Shown one piece after another: positions 16,767 to 26,121 of a DNA stretch of 31,807 nt. The notes under the pieces are model-generated. The model was not told where the DNA came from. It worked only from the letters and a program-made list of their open reading frames with translations, and did not search any database. The position numbers and the translations under genes were made by a program. The stretch is taken from positions 1 to 31,807 of IMG/VR virus record IMGVR_UViG_3300010376_000097. One strand, 5' to 3'. This DNA comes from a virus. Lineage: Duplodnaviria > Caudoviricetes. Position 1 is the first letter of the stretch. Every line of letters starts with the position of its first letter.

Positions 16767-19364
16767 CTAGTAATGCAGTATAGTAAGCTGGTCGGCCTGA
16801 CCTGCGGGCGGCGGCGGCAACCCTTGCAGATAGTTGTAAACTTTGCGAGGCACCCATGCGCTGGCCTGCGGGTTCGCTTTCAACTCACGGTCGAGCAAAC
16901 TGATGGCGAAGGCTTGCTGGTCTTTCGGTATGGTGTTCCACGGATTCCAATCGCTCGGCATGTTCTTCGGGTTGGTCATAAGCTCGCCAACCTTGGCATA
17001 GGTTTCAGCGGAATGGGTCCGATCAAACCATGTGTTGAAATTCTCGTTATTACCTCCTCCAGTGTCGATCGGATCGGTCAAGCTTTTGTACCGGCCCGTG
17101 GCTCGCGATTCGCTTTCCCGATTGTCCGCCCATGTGGATTGGCTGGCGTTGATATCTTCATCTCGGCGTCTTTGCATGGTCTGGCCATTGCTGAAGAAGT
17201 CGAGCGCTCCTGGCATCGAAGTGATGTGGGGAAAGGTCGAGGTATATTGGCCCAGGACCGCTTCGGTGGAGATCCCTCCTTGCTGCGCCCCCTGGCTGGC
17301 GAATTGGAACTCAACCTTTTGCAACGCTTCTAGAGCATCCGGCGCGCTCTCCGTTATCTTCTTGACGTCATCCTCGCTCATGTTTGGATTCCATTGCTTC
17401 AAGAAAGCGGCGACCTTCCCCCGCCATTCCGTCGTCGGTCCCATTGTCCCGGCTTCCTGCGCCAGCATGCGAACCTCAGTAGCGAAGGCGCGCTGCTGCT
17501 GCGCGGCCTGCGCGTTGCCATAGCCAGCCTGGTTTCGCGTGTTGTCTGCGAGCCTCTTACTTGTGTTGTTGGGATCTTCGATGGCGACATTCATGGGGCC
17601 GGTCGGCTGGAACCGCTGCGCCGCCGGCACGGCCTCGCCAGGGATGGTGCCTGGCTTGTATGGCGTGATAGTCCCCTGCACTGGCGTTTCCGGCTGCTGT
17701 GGCGTGGCGGGCTGCGCTGGCGCGGTCTTAGGCGGCTGCGCGGCTGCCGTCTGCGTCGGCGCTACTGCTGGCGCGGTCTGAGCCGGGGTCAGCGGCGTCC
17801 TTGTCGTCGGCATGGGCTCCGCGTTGATCTCCGCCTGATCCGCGGGAGAGATCTGGCCCGGCCCCGTGATGGGAGGCACGTTCTTGTTGACCGGCACAGG
17901 GACTTGCAGCGGCTGTTGCGGCCCCCCTTGTGCCACCGCGGGCGGCGCTCCGCCCCCAATCGGATGGATGCTCCGATAAGCCTGGTTCGAGCCCAGCCAG
18001 GGAAGCTCGCCGCGGTCGTGGTAGAGCCTGCGCGCGGCGTCCCACTGCACCGCTTCGGGCGCGTCCATGGCCGTCGCATAGAGCGGCTTGCCGGTCCTTG
18101 GATCTTGGGGACCGTATTCCTTCCACGTCGATCCGCCGAATTGGAAGATGCCGGTGGAGTCTTCGTTCAATAGGCTATGCCTGTTCGTCTTGGGGCCGAA
18201 GTTGGTTCCGTCATAGCCGCTCTCCCGTAGTGCGATCCCGCGGAGCGCCTGATCAACCACGGTGGGGTCGGTGCTGGGGCGCCCAAGCCCGTAGCGATCG
18301 TAAAGGCCCGTCTTCGGCGCAGGCGTCGTCGTGCCTGCCGTGGGCGTGGATGCGGGTGCGCCAGGCGGCGGCAGGGGCTGCACTGTCATTTGCCCCCCTG
18401 GCGCTGCGGGAGGCGTTCCTGGCGCTGGTGCGGAAGCTGCGGAGCCTGGTGCGGATGCTGCGGAGCCGCCGCCCTGAGCGCTGGGAACGCTGCCGTACAG
18501 CGCACCCTGATTGGCGTCGATCCAGTTTTGCGAGATCAGGCCGCCGCCGATATTCTGTAGCACCCAGGATTTGGGATGCTTCTGCGTCTCCCAGCCACCT
18601 TGCCCGTTGTTGGCTTGCTGATTCCAAACCGGAACGTCCATGATCTCGAACGGTGCCTCTCCCGCCTTCGTCCCCGCCGCGGTCGCGGCAGCGCTCGTCG
18701 CCTTGTAGCCTGGCGTAGTCTCGCCAACCGGCGTGAAAGTGATGTTGCCTTGCTGATCGGAGCCATATGCCCAGCCCTTGGCATAAAGCTCGCCGTTAAG
18801 CTGTTGGAATGTCTGCTGCCGCTGGAGCGGCGTCATCTGATCCTTGGTCTTGTTGTAAAACTGGATCTGCTGTTGCAGTTCGCCGACAGGCATATTGCCC
18901 TGTTGCTGCTGACCCGTCGTGGTGCCGTAGGTGGCGAGTATCTCTGGTCCCTTTGAGAGCCTGGTGTATTGCTTCTCAAAGTCGGTCATCGATTCCCACC
19001 AGTTGCGCTGCCTCGTTCCCGGTGCGCCCAGTAGCTCGCCGAAGCGGTCGTTCTCCGCCTTCATCTGCGCCGCGGCCTGCGGATCTTGCTGCCCCTGGCC
19101 CCCTATCAAATCCTTCATCATCATGCCGCCGGTCAGGGCGGAGCCCAGCCGCGACAGCGCGCCCAATGGCGTTGCCACCGGCCCCGTTTGCATCCCCTGC
19201 TGGATCAAGCTCTGACCCAGGTTCATCTTCATGCGCGTGCGCGGGTCCCAGAGCATCGTCGGATCGAAGCCGCCCATGCCGCCCTGGCCGCCGCCCATGT
19301 TGCTCATCGCCATGAGGTACATAAGGCTCTGTGGGTTCATGCTGGGCGAGAAGGGGTCAACCAT
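16767..19364 (-). CDS. Large ejection protein with lytic transglycosylase domain
   Basis: IALRESG...GIFQF...TW...A.DAP..VQ..AA..L....G..PW motif between Pro-rich linkers. Confidence 0.8.
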   Translation of the reverse strand: MVDPFSPSMNPQSLMYLMAMSNMGGGQGGMGGFDPTMLWDPRTRMKMNLGQSLIQQGMQTGPVATPLGALSRLGSALTGGMMMKDLIGGQGQQDPQAAAQMKAENDRFGELLGAPGTRQRNWWESMTDFEKQYTRLSKGPEILATYGTTTGQQQQGNMPVGELQQQIQFYNKTKDQMTPLQRQQTFQQLNGELYAKGWAYGSDQQGNITFTPVGETTPGYKATSAAATAAGTKAGEAPFEIMDVPVWNQQANNGQGGWETQKHPKSWVLQNIGGGLISQNWIDANQGALYGSVPSAQGGGSAASAPGSAASAPAPGTPPAAPGGQMTVQPLPPPGAPASTPTAGTTTPAPKTGLYDRYGLGRPSTDPTVVDQALRGIALRESGYDGTNFGPKTNRHSLLNEDSTGIFQFGGSTWKEYGPQDPRTGKPLYATAMDAPEAVQWDAARRLYHDRGELPWLGSNQAYRSIHPIGGGAPPAVAQGGPQQPLQVPVPVNKNVPPITGPGQISPADQAEINAEPMPTTRTPLTPAQTAPAVAPTQTAAAQPPKTAPAQPATPQQPETPVQGTITPYKPGTIPGEAVPAAQRFQPTGPMNVAIEDPNNTSKRLADNTRNQAGYGNAQAAQQQRAFATEVRMLAQEAGTMGPTTEWRGKVAAFLKQWNPNMSEDDVKKITESAPDALEALQKVEFQFASQGAQQGGISTEAVLGQYTSTFPHITSMPGALDFFSNGQTMQRRRDEDINASQSTWADNRESESRATGRYKSLTDPIDTGGGNNENFNTWFDRTHSAETYAKVGELMTNPKNMPSDWNPWNTIPKDQQAFAISLLDRELKANPQASAWVPRKVYNYLQGLPPPPAGQADQLTILHY

Positions 19365-19373
19365 GGCTCGTCC

Positions 19374-20402
19374 TCAATGGAACATCGAATAGAGCGCGAC
19401 GGTGGTGGCGAGGTTAGAAGCATCGCCCAGCGTGTTCTGATACCGATTCAGGCCGGCCTGATAACCTACATTTTGCTGCCCCAGGCTCGTGCCGTAGGCA
19501 CCGCCATAGTCAGGCGCCGGGATGTTGGGCTGGGCTGCCGCGCCCTGCGGGACTTGCACGCCGCCCGTGCCGGTATAGGCGTTCATCAGCGTGGCGAGAT
19601 TGCTCACCGGCATGGAGTATTTCGACTCCGCCTCGCTGACGCCCTGTTGACGGGCCGCCATGCCCTGTTGGAATTGCTGGTTGGCCACATTGTATCCTTC
19701 TTGGATCGCGGCATCGCGCGCCTGGCCATAGGCGAAAGTCTTCTGACGATTGAAGGCATCCATCTGCTGATTGAAAGCATCAGAGCCTTCGGGGATGCCC
19801 TGGTCGCGCAGCTGATCCGCCATTTGCTGTTGCTCAACCTTGAATTGCGGATCGAGATAGGCCGCCTGCTGATTGTAGACCGCGTTCGCAGCTTCGGTGT
19901 TGTACTGCCCCATCGTCGGCGCCGCGGCGATGCCGCTGAGATCGAGGCCGCCTGTCGGCAGCCCGCTGAGCATGGCATTGCCAGAGCCCAACAAGCCCGT
20001 CTGAAATTTCTGCTGAGCGTCGAGGATCGCTTGCTGTTGCGGAGACAGCGTGATCGTCTCGGTGGTGCTGGGGACATAATTCTGGCCGACATATGCTCCG
20101 CCAGGATTCGGCGTCGTGGCGCCAGCAGTGCTAGGCTGGCCTGCCGTTATCCCCGATGGATTGGCCGGCGAGGTGTACGGCTGCGTCGGCTGCGTGGTGC
20201 GAGCCTGGTTGCCCTGCCCAGCCATCGAGTAAGGCTGATAGCCGCCGCCGGTATTGCCGCCATAGGTGTTGCCGGCGTTCGCCATGCCGAAGGGACTGCC
20301 GCCGCCGCCGAAATATTTGCTCGCAGCGTACTGCTGATAGGTCGGTGCTCCGCCCCAGGCGGGATTGCCGCCGCGACCCGCGCCTCCATCACCCCATGCC
20401 AT
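19374..20402 (-). CDS. Internal virion/pilot protein (C-terminal part)
   Basis: Gln/Gly-rich; TLSPQQQ..LDPQF..L..QGI..GSDAFN pattern. Confidence 0.7.
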   Translation of the reverse strand: MAWGDGGAGRGGNPAWGGAPTYQQYAASKYFGGGGSPFGMANAGNTYGGNTGGGYQPYSMAGQGNQARTTQPTQPYTSPANPSGITAGQPSTAGATTPNPGGAYVGQNYVPSTTETITLSPQQQAILDAQQKFQTGLLGSGNAMLSGLPTGGLDLSGIAAAPTMGQYNTEAANAVYNQQAAYLDPQFKVEQQQMADQLRDQGIPEGSDAFNQQMDAFNRQKTFAYGQARDAAIQEGYNVANQQFQQGMAARQQGVSEAESKYSMPVSNLATLMNAYTGTGGVQVPQGAAAQPNIPAPDYGGAYGTSLGQQNVGYQAGLNRYQNTLGDASNLATTVALYSMFH

Positions 20403-20404
20403 GG

Positions 20405-20620
20405 CTACACCATCGTGAAGGGCTGTTTAGCAAGCTGCGCCCGGCTGGGACCGCCGCTCGCTGGCGGCGTCCCCGTGGTATAGGTCACGGTCCCATAGGG
20501 CGTAATCATGTTGGTGTCATTCAGGATCTTGTTCGCGATCGCGTTCTTGATGCCGAATTGCGATTCGGTCTGTGCCATCTGGAAGGGATCGGGTGCTGCG
20601 GGTGGTTTGGGGCCTTTCAT
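20405..20620 (-). CDS. Pilot-protein N-terminal-type ORF
   Basis: KPPAAPDP...TPYGTVTY; out of frame with the next ORF. Confidence 0.65.
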   Translation of the reverse strand: MKGPKPPAAPDPFQMAQTESQFGIKNAIANKILNDTNMITPYGTVTYTTGTPPASGGPSRAQLAKQPFTMV

Positions 20621-21029
20621 GGCGATAGATCTCCAACCATTTCTGTGCGTCTCGTTTCAGGAGTCCGTAGCTCACGCCATCGTCATTCTCGAATAGCTCG
20701 GGATGGTGACCTTCTTCGTGGAAGCCGAAGCGCAGGAGGAAGGCCCTGGCATCCTTGTTTCGCCTGCCCGTCACCGCGGTGATGCGCCGGCAGTCAAGCT
20801 CGATGAAGGGATAGCCGATGATGCGGGCGATCATTTGCCGCGAGGCCCAGCGGGGCGAGGTCGTAGCAAAGGTGATCTCAATCGAGGGCCAATCGAAGTT
20901 ATTGAAGAGCGCGACCGCGAGAAGCTCCGCACCGCGCGCAACTCCGATGCACTGGTAGGGCGGTAGGAACTCTTTATGTAGCTGGGTGCCGATCCACAGA
21001 GCCAGAGCTTCATTGTCGTATACGAGCAT
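20517..21029 (-). CDS. GNAT-fold protein of the virion module
   Basis: YPF.EL.C.RITA....N..A..F..RFGF.EEG; TGATG coupling. Confidence 0.8.
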   Translation of the reverse strand: MLVYDNEALALWIGTQLHKEFLPPYQCIGVARGAELLAVALFNNFDWPSIEITFATTSPRWASRQMIARIIGYPFIELDCRRITAVTGRRNKDARAFLLRFGFHEEGHHPELFENDDGVSYGLLKRDAQKWLEIYRHERPQTTRSTRSLPDGTDRIAIRHQERDREQDPE

Positions 21030-22582
21030 CAAATCTGCTTCGAGACTTCCAGCACCAGATCCGTCCGCATCCAGACCATGGGCGCTGTCGTCGCGGCTAC
21101 TATCTGGACGCTGATCACCGTGCCGCTTCCGGCGGCAGCATGGACTGCCGTAGGGATCTGCCCTTCGGTCGCCCAGTAGCTCACGTCCCAGAGGGCTATG
21201 TCCCACCAGGGGCCATAGGAATAGTTCTGGGCGATGATGGCGAGGAGTAACGTCTTGTAGTCATAGCCGACATAGAATTTATAGCTGTCATTGGCGACGA
21301 CGACGGGACGCAAGCCCGCAACCCGCTTGCCCGTGGGAATCGTGGCGTTGCTCCACGCTTGCTGGCAAAGCGAATTGATCGGCAGTCCGTTATCGGTGCT
21401 GCCGGTGTCGGCCTGCCAGACGACACCGCTCGATGCGCCGAAATAGAGGTTCTGATTGAACTCGCTCCAGCACAGCGCGTTCATGCCCTGGAAGCGCTGC
21501 CACGACTGATTGCTGGTATTGTAAACGTGCTGATCCCACAGGCTGACGCTCGGGTTGGGGCTGATCAGAGTGCTGGGCACATTGAAGATGACGCGGCGCC
21601 CCTTGCCGTAATACAGCGACTGGAAGCCGTAGCCCGGCGGGTGGGTGGTGCTGTGCTGACTGATCATGATCACATCGCGCACAGCGCCACTGATCTTGCT
21701 GCGCGGCGGAGTCTGGCCAACTTTCAGCGCTGTCAGTTGCTCCTGCAGGGCGACATGATCATCGAGCGTCGTCAGATAGACATCGCCGCCATAGGAAGCG
21801 ATCGAGCGCTGACTGATCGGCGCCGCGAGCTTGTACTTGCCGACGATCTGCCAGTTGGTTGATAGGCCCGGATCGTCGCCCAGGTAGAGAAGGATCTCGC
21901 CCGTGGTCATGACGATGCAGAAGGTATTGGTGATGCCATCTCCGCCGTCGTGCGAGAAATTAGTGAGGCAGAGAATGTTGCCGCCCCATTGGGCGATCGT
22001 GCTGACATCGAACGCCGCCAGGGCGCCGGTCACGTTGTACAGCGGGGCATACCAAAATACCGGACTGTCCGACAGCCAGAAGAAGAGGCGATTCTTAAAG
22101 ACGGTCACACCGATCGGGTTCGTCGCCGGCCCGGTGAAGCCGGCAGCCGCCATGGTCGCACCATTGATCGCCTGCACGGGGTCCGCGCCATTGGCGAGGA
22201 AGAGACGCGCGGAGAAATTGGCCGCGGTCCAGAGGTTATTCGCGAAGCCGGTGCCCAGCACGACGCCCGCGCCGCCCGCTGTTATGTCGAAGATCTTGCC
22301 GCTGGCACAGGCGATCAGCTTGCGCGTGGTCCCAGTGTGGTACTCCGCGAGCGTCTCGACGGCACCGCCCAGGTTGCCGCTGAAGGGCTTCGATCCGCGG
22401 CGCACGTTCAAGCCGCCCGCGTCTGCATACCAGTTATCTATCGTGATGGCATCTGTGGGGTCCATGCCGTCGAAGTCATCGCGCGTGTTCCAACCCGTCA
22501 TCGGCGGGCGTACAGGCATGGGTTGCGTGAACGGCTGGGCCGCCATCATGATACGCTGGTCGCGCGCGAGGCGTTTCGGCAT
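21029..22582 (-). CDS. Tail nozzle/DNA stabilisation protein (P22 gp10/T7 gp12-like)
   Basis: About 520-aa beta-rich protein, GWNTRD motif, between adaptor and GNAT. Confidence 0.75.
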   Translation of the reverse strand: MPKRLARDQRIMMAAQPFTQPMPVRPPMTGWNTRDDFDGMDPTDAITIDNWYADAGGLNVRRGSKPFSGNLGGAVETLAEYHTGTTRKLIACASGKIFDITAGGAGVVLGTGFANNLWTAANFSARLFLANGADPVQAINGATMAAAGFTGPATNPIGVTVFKNRLFFWLSDSPVFWYAPLYNVTGALAAFDVSTIAQWGGNILCLTNFSHDGGDGITNTFCIVMTTGEILLYLGDDPGLSTNWQIVGKYKLAAPISQRSIASYGGDVYLTTLDDHVALQEQLTALKVGQTPPRSKISGAVRDVIMISQHSTTHPPGYGFQSLYYGKGRRVIFNVPSTLISPNPSVSLWDQHVYNTSNQSWQRFQGMNALCWSEFNQNLYFGASSGVVWQADTGSTDNGLPINSLCQQAWSNATIPTGKRVAGLRPVVVANDSYKFYVGYDYKTLLLAIIAQNYSYGPWWDIALWDVSYWATEGQIPTAVHAAAGSGTVISVQIVAATTAPMVWMRTDLVLEVSKQI

Positions 22583-23563
22583 TTACTGATTCCCGTAGCC
22601 GCTCTCGGGCACGTTCCACGGCCCGATGAGGCCAAGGTCTGGATCGGGCGAGATCGACAGGATGCCGGCACCGCCGTCATTCGCCACGTAGACATCCGCG
22701 GCGCGCTCATATTCATCGAACTCAGTGCTGTAGTCATAGCCGAAGCGCTTCAGCATGCGCCATCTGACGCCCAGTTCGATGATGTACTCATCGAGCTTGC
22801 AGCCATCGGTGTCGGCCTGCCAGTCCTTTTGCGGATTGCCAAGGGCGGAAAGGATGGGCGAATTGCTGTTGTACTCGAACACCAGCTGCGAGCCGACATC
22901 GGTGGGCGTCGGATCGATGAAAAAGTAGGTGACGCCAAGCTGTGGATTCGGAATGTTATCCGGCCCCATCAAGGTGATGTGCTGCTTCACTCTCCAGCGC
23001 CGCTGAATGCTCGCCTTGCCCATCATCGAGGATTTGTATAGCTGCCACTGCTGCGGCGTCATCGGCCCGCGCATGGCCCAGAAGCGGCTGCGATCCCACA
23101 TGGTGCTGTCAACGAAGCTCTTAAAATCTGTCGGCAGCTGATAGCCAGCCTGGCCGAAGACATGACGCTGCGCGAGGCCTCCCGCGGTCGCGTTCTGATT
23201 CATCGTTATCTGGGTTGGGCTGTCCACGCTTTGAATGATCGAGTTATTCGGGAACATATTGCCCGCGTAGTTGAAGATGCCGGCTTGCAGCCCCACGGTG
23301 GTGGAACAGTTGCTGATGATGCTCCCGCCCAGTGTCACGTCGCCCGTGATCGTTACGGCATTGGTGGTGAAATTCCACTCGCTGATGAGCGCGGTCCAAC
23401 CTCCGTTATTGTGACGGATGAGATCCTCCACGCTGCGCCTGGCACAGGTGAGGAGCGCGATCGCCGTCTGATCCGGATTATTGATGATCGCCGGCATCTG
23501 GGGGAAGGAGGTGTCCCCCACAGCGTTGGCGCACAAAGTTAAAAGTGACGTAGGTGCCTCCAT
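22583..23563 (-). CDS. Head-tail adaptor protein
   Basis: SLLTLC N-terminus, YQLP.DF...MWDR, LG..WR..K..G.DY motifs; synteny. Confidence 0.7.
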   Translation of the reverse strand: MEAPTSLLTLCANAVGDTSFPQMPAIINNPDQTAIALLTCARRSVEDLIRHNNGGWTALISEWNFTTNAVTITGDVTLGGSIISNCSTTVGLQAGIFNYAGNMFPNNSIIQSVDSPTQITMNQNATAGGLAQRHVFGQAGYQLPTDFKSFVDSTMWDRSRFWAMRGPMTPQQWQLYKSSMMGKASIQRRWRVKQHITLMGPDNIPNPQLGVTYFFIDPTPTDVGSQLVFEYNSNSPILSALGNPQKDWQADTDGCKLDEYIIELGVRWRMLKRFGYDYSTEFDEYERAADVYVANDGGAGILSISPDPDLGLIGPWNVPESGYGNQ

Positions 23564-24069
23564 ATAAGGTGGCGCCTAACCCTGCTGATGGTGTTATTCG
23601 ATACACCAAAACGCTCAGCAAGGCGCACGCCGGGTTCATGGGATGCGCGGATATACTCCACGTCGGCTTCCGTCAGTTTAGCCATGTGATGTTCTTCGCC
23701 ATGCCTCGTTCGTTGGCGATGCCAAGGCTGCCAATCCATTCGCCCCTTTGCGGCAGCGTCTTGCATGTTGTCAGTGTAGGTGCCGAGAAAAAGATGGTCG
23801 GGATTGACACAGCCCGGCACATCGCAGTGATGGCAAATGACCATCCCTTCTGGGATAGGACCATTGAACAGGTGCCATGCGGCGACATGGCCGCAGACAT
23901 TGCCAGAGCCACGCGAGCCCGCTCCTCGTGGTCGAAGATCGGAGTAGTGGAAGCCCGCGTAGCCAGTTTTTTGGTAATGATGCCCCATCCAGAGCCAGCA
24001 TCCGGAATCTCGGTCGAGATAGACCTTCTCCATAAAGCGCTGAAGAGGATCGGTGCGCGGCCTCGCCAT
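23539..24069 (-). CDS. Free-standing HNH endonuclease with C-terminal HTH
   Basis: CWLW.G...CHHCDVPGCVNPDHLFLGTYTDNMQDA; AKLTE...LAERFGVS. Confidence 0.92.
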   Translation of the reverse strand: MARPRTDPLQRFMEKVYLDRDSGCWLWMGHHYQKTGYAGFHYSDLRPRGAGSRGSGNVCGHVAAWHLFNGPIPEGMVICHHCDVPGCVNPDHLFLGTYTDNMQDAAAKGRMDWQPWHRQRTRHGEEHHMAKLTEADVEYIRASHEPGVRLAERFGVSNNTISRVRRHLIWRHLRHF

Positions 24070-24083
24070 GGAGCCAGTCTATC

Positions 24084-24293
24084 TCATTTGCCCTCGACCA
24101 TGTTCCGCATGCCTTTCGGTGCGGGTATGCGGGCTCCAGCGCTGCGGGCCTTGCTCAGAGAAATCGCGATTTCCTGCCGCCGCGCCTGTGCTGGCCCTTC
24201 TTTCTTTCTCGTTTTTGCCAAGATGGCCGGGGGATTCTTTTTGACCTCCGAAAAGGCCGCATGTACCTTGCGGGCGGTCTTCTTGCCGGTCAT
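24084..24293 (-). CDS. Small basic protein
   Basis: Lys/Arg-rich, QEIAISLSKAR.AGARIP motif. Confidence 0.7.
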   Translation of the reverse strand: MTGKKTARKVHAAFSEVKKNPPAILAKTRKKEGPAQARRQEIAISLSKARSAGARIPAPKGMRNMVEGK

Positions 24294-24553
24294 ACCATCA
24301 TCCTCCCTCGATCGCGGGCGCGCAGCCGGTTCTGAAGCTCGCCGGCAATTTGCTTGGTCTGATTGCGGTCGAAGGGGGCCTTGTCTCCGCCATTGGTCGG
24401 GCTCGGGCGGCGCGATTGCTTGTTGGAGATCTGAGGCCCCTTCGTCTTCCTGGGAGTCGCGGCGTCCGGAGCGCCGCCCTGGCGCTGATTGCCGCCGCCT
24501 CTGCCGATTGTCGTGGCTGGGACTTTCTGAGTCCCCTTCCCTTTGAATTTCAT
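24290..24553 (-). CDS. Small basic protein
   Basis: SD GAGG; coupled to the next gene. Confidence 0.65.
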   Translation of the reverse strand: MKFKGKGTQKVPATTIGRGGGNQRQGGAPDAATPRKTKGPQISNKQSRRPSPTNGGDKAPFDRNQTKQIAGELQNRLRARDRGRMMV

Positions 24554-24557
24554 GGGG

Positions 24558-24716
24558 TCACCTCTTCGTGTGTTTGCCGTAGGCTTTTTCTAAAGCCTTG
24601 CGGATGCCGCTGACCTTGCCGCCCAGCGTCGTGCCGGGGCGTGGCTCACGAGCCTTGGCCGTCAGGGGCGTCGGCCCTCTCCGCATGTGTCCTGCGCTGG
24701 CTGGTTTCTTGGCCAT
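24558..24716 (-). CDS. 52-aa basic protein
   Basis: SD AAGGAGGAG; MAKKPASAG...KHTKR; not in ORF track. Confidence 0.65.
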   Translation of the reverse strand: MAKKPASAGHMRRGPTPLTAKAREPRPGTTLGGKVSGIRKALEKAYGKHTKR

Positions 24717-24725
24717 GTCTCCTCC

Positions 24726-25463
24726 TTATGCGGCTTCCGGCGAGGGCCGGATTGCAGCGAAGCTCGCGAGCGGATCGACGGGTACTGCCGGCTGCGGCAG
24801 CATCGCCGCCGGCTGCGCTGGGACAAGGTTGGCGAAGGGGTCAACCTGGCCGGGGATGATCTGGGCGATGTTGGGCCGGTTGGCGAGGCCCTGGATCTGA
24901 AGCTGCATGCCAGATATCAGCCCCTTCAATTCGGTGATCTGCTGCTTCGCTTCGATTAGCTCGATGCTCAGTTGATCATTCTGGGCCATCAGAGTCTTCG
25001 TCATGGCGTTGCGCTGGGCAGAGTCGAGGAAGGCTTTCGCCAGGTCGCGCAGCTGGCGGGCACCCATGCCAAGCTTCGTGAGATTGTAGTCGCTCACCTC
25101 CGCCATTTGCTCCACGGTCCAGATGTCGTTGTGCTTGAGGAACAACACCTGGGCCTTGGAATGAACCATCGGCCACATGTCGATCGGCGTGCCCTCGTGG
25201 GCCATTTCCTGGCCCTTCTTGAAGCGCTCATAGGCCTCTGGCCAGCGCATGCGATGCTCGTCATTGACCCTTTCCACCGGCACCGACAGCGAGTTGCCGG
25301 GGATGTGAATCTTGACTCTCTCCTCGTCCCTGTAGATCGGATGACCCTGCCGCTGCGTGGCCAACTCATCGAGAACGGCTTCGGTGTAGAACTCGGGGAA
25401 AGTCGGATCGCGATTATCGCCGAAGCGCTCGGTGCGAGTGAAAGCGCCGGTCTGGATTTCCAT
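24726..25463 (-). CDS. Conserved phage virion-module protein
   Basis: SD GAGG; GTP...WP...TVEQ.A motif then coiled coil. Confidence 0.7.
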   Translation of the reverse strand: MEIQTGAFTRTERFGDNRDPTFPEFYTEAVLDELATQRQGHPIYRDEERVKIHIPGNSLSVPVERVNDEHRMRWPEAYERFKKGQEMAHEGTPIDMWPMVHSKAQVLFLKHNDIWTVEQMAEVSDYNLTKLGMGARQLRDLAKAFLDSAQRNAMTKTLMAQNDQLSIELIEAKQQITELKGLISGMQLQIQGLANRPNIAQIIPGQVDPFANLVPAQPAAMLPQPAVPVDPLASFAAIRPSPEAA

Positions 25464-25473
25464 TTGGTTTCCT

Positions 25474-25668
25474 CTATGGCTGAATGAGGCGTGGCGTGCC
25501 AAGCGGCACGACGCCGATTAGGCTGAGCAAGATCAGAATCAGGATGAGCGCGGCGAGGACGATGACTACGTTCTTGAAGGGCGGCGGGATCGGGAGGTAC
25601 TGGATCACGTAGATCACCAGCCCGAAGATGACGCACAGAACGATGAGGTAGATGAGTAGCGCGATCAT
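25474..25668 (-). CDS. Two-helix membrane protein
   Basis: Two hydrophobic helices joined by LPIPPPFK. Confidence 0.75.
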   Translation of the reverse strand: MIALLIYLIVLCVIFGLVIYVIQYLPIPPPFKNVVIVLAALILILILLSLIGVVPLGTPRLIQP

Positions 25669-25708
25669 CGGGTTATCCCTCCATTCCTGACCGCATCAGG
25701 TCAGGTTT

Positions 25709-26068
25709 TCAGGCCGACAGAAGCGAGATCCAGCCCTTGTCGCCGGGGAAGAACACCATCGACTTCGCGGTCGCCAGCGAGATGGCGGTGTTGGCGGTCA
25801 GCGCGTTGATGGCATCGCCGACAGCCGGATAGATGTTCTGGGCGTTGCCGGAATTGTTGTAGACGACGGTGATGCCCTGGCCTCCGGAGCTTGGCAGGAT
25901 CACGCCGGCAGCGGCTCCGGTCCCCAGGATATTGCCCCCGCTCGGAAGTGGTGTGGCGGTGCCCTGGCTTGCGCCAGCCGCGGTAACGGTGACGATGGGG
26001 CCGGTGTCGAGCATGTTCGCGGCGGCGCTGGGAATCCCGGCCGCCATCAGATTGGCAGTGGTTGCCAT
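25709..26068 (-). CDS. Putative capsid decoration/minor structural protein
   Basis: SD AGGGAG; beta-rich, small-residue composition; follows capsid genes. Confidence 0.65.
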   Translation of the reverse strand: MATTANLMAAGIPSAAANMLDTGPIVTVTAAGASQGTATPLPSGGNILGTGAAAGVILPSSGGQGITVVYNNSGNAQNIYPAVGDAINALTANTAISLATAKSMVFFPGDKGWISLLSA

Positions 26069-26083
26069 ATTGGTTTCTCCCTG

Positions 26084-26114
26084 GAAAGGAGAGAGGGGCC
26101 TCGCGGCCCCTCTC
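26084..26114 (-). terminator. Stable GNRA hairpin, possible weak terminator/attenuator
   Basis: GAGAGGGGCC-GCGA-GGCCCCUCUC followed by UCCUUU. Confidence 0.55.
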
Positions 26115-26121
26115 GTGATGG

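Noticed and set aside
20147-20407. TAG read-through or recoded genetic code
   Set aside because: Read-through does not enter the pilot-protein frame, and TAG ends other genes normally.
19086-23041. Long plus-strand ORFs (e.g. 19086-20483, 21950-23041)
   Set aside because: Antisense shadows of GC-rich genes with no recognisable motifs.
14186-24069. HNH genes at 14186 and 23539 as intron-encoded
   Set aside because: Flanking genes appear complete and the short intergenic gaps leave no room for a ribozyme core.
25474-25668. Holin call
   Set aside because: No adjacent endolysin; only hydrophobicity supports it.
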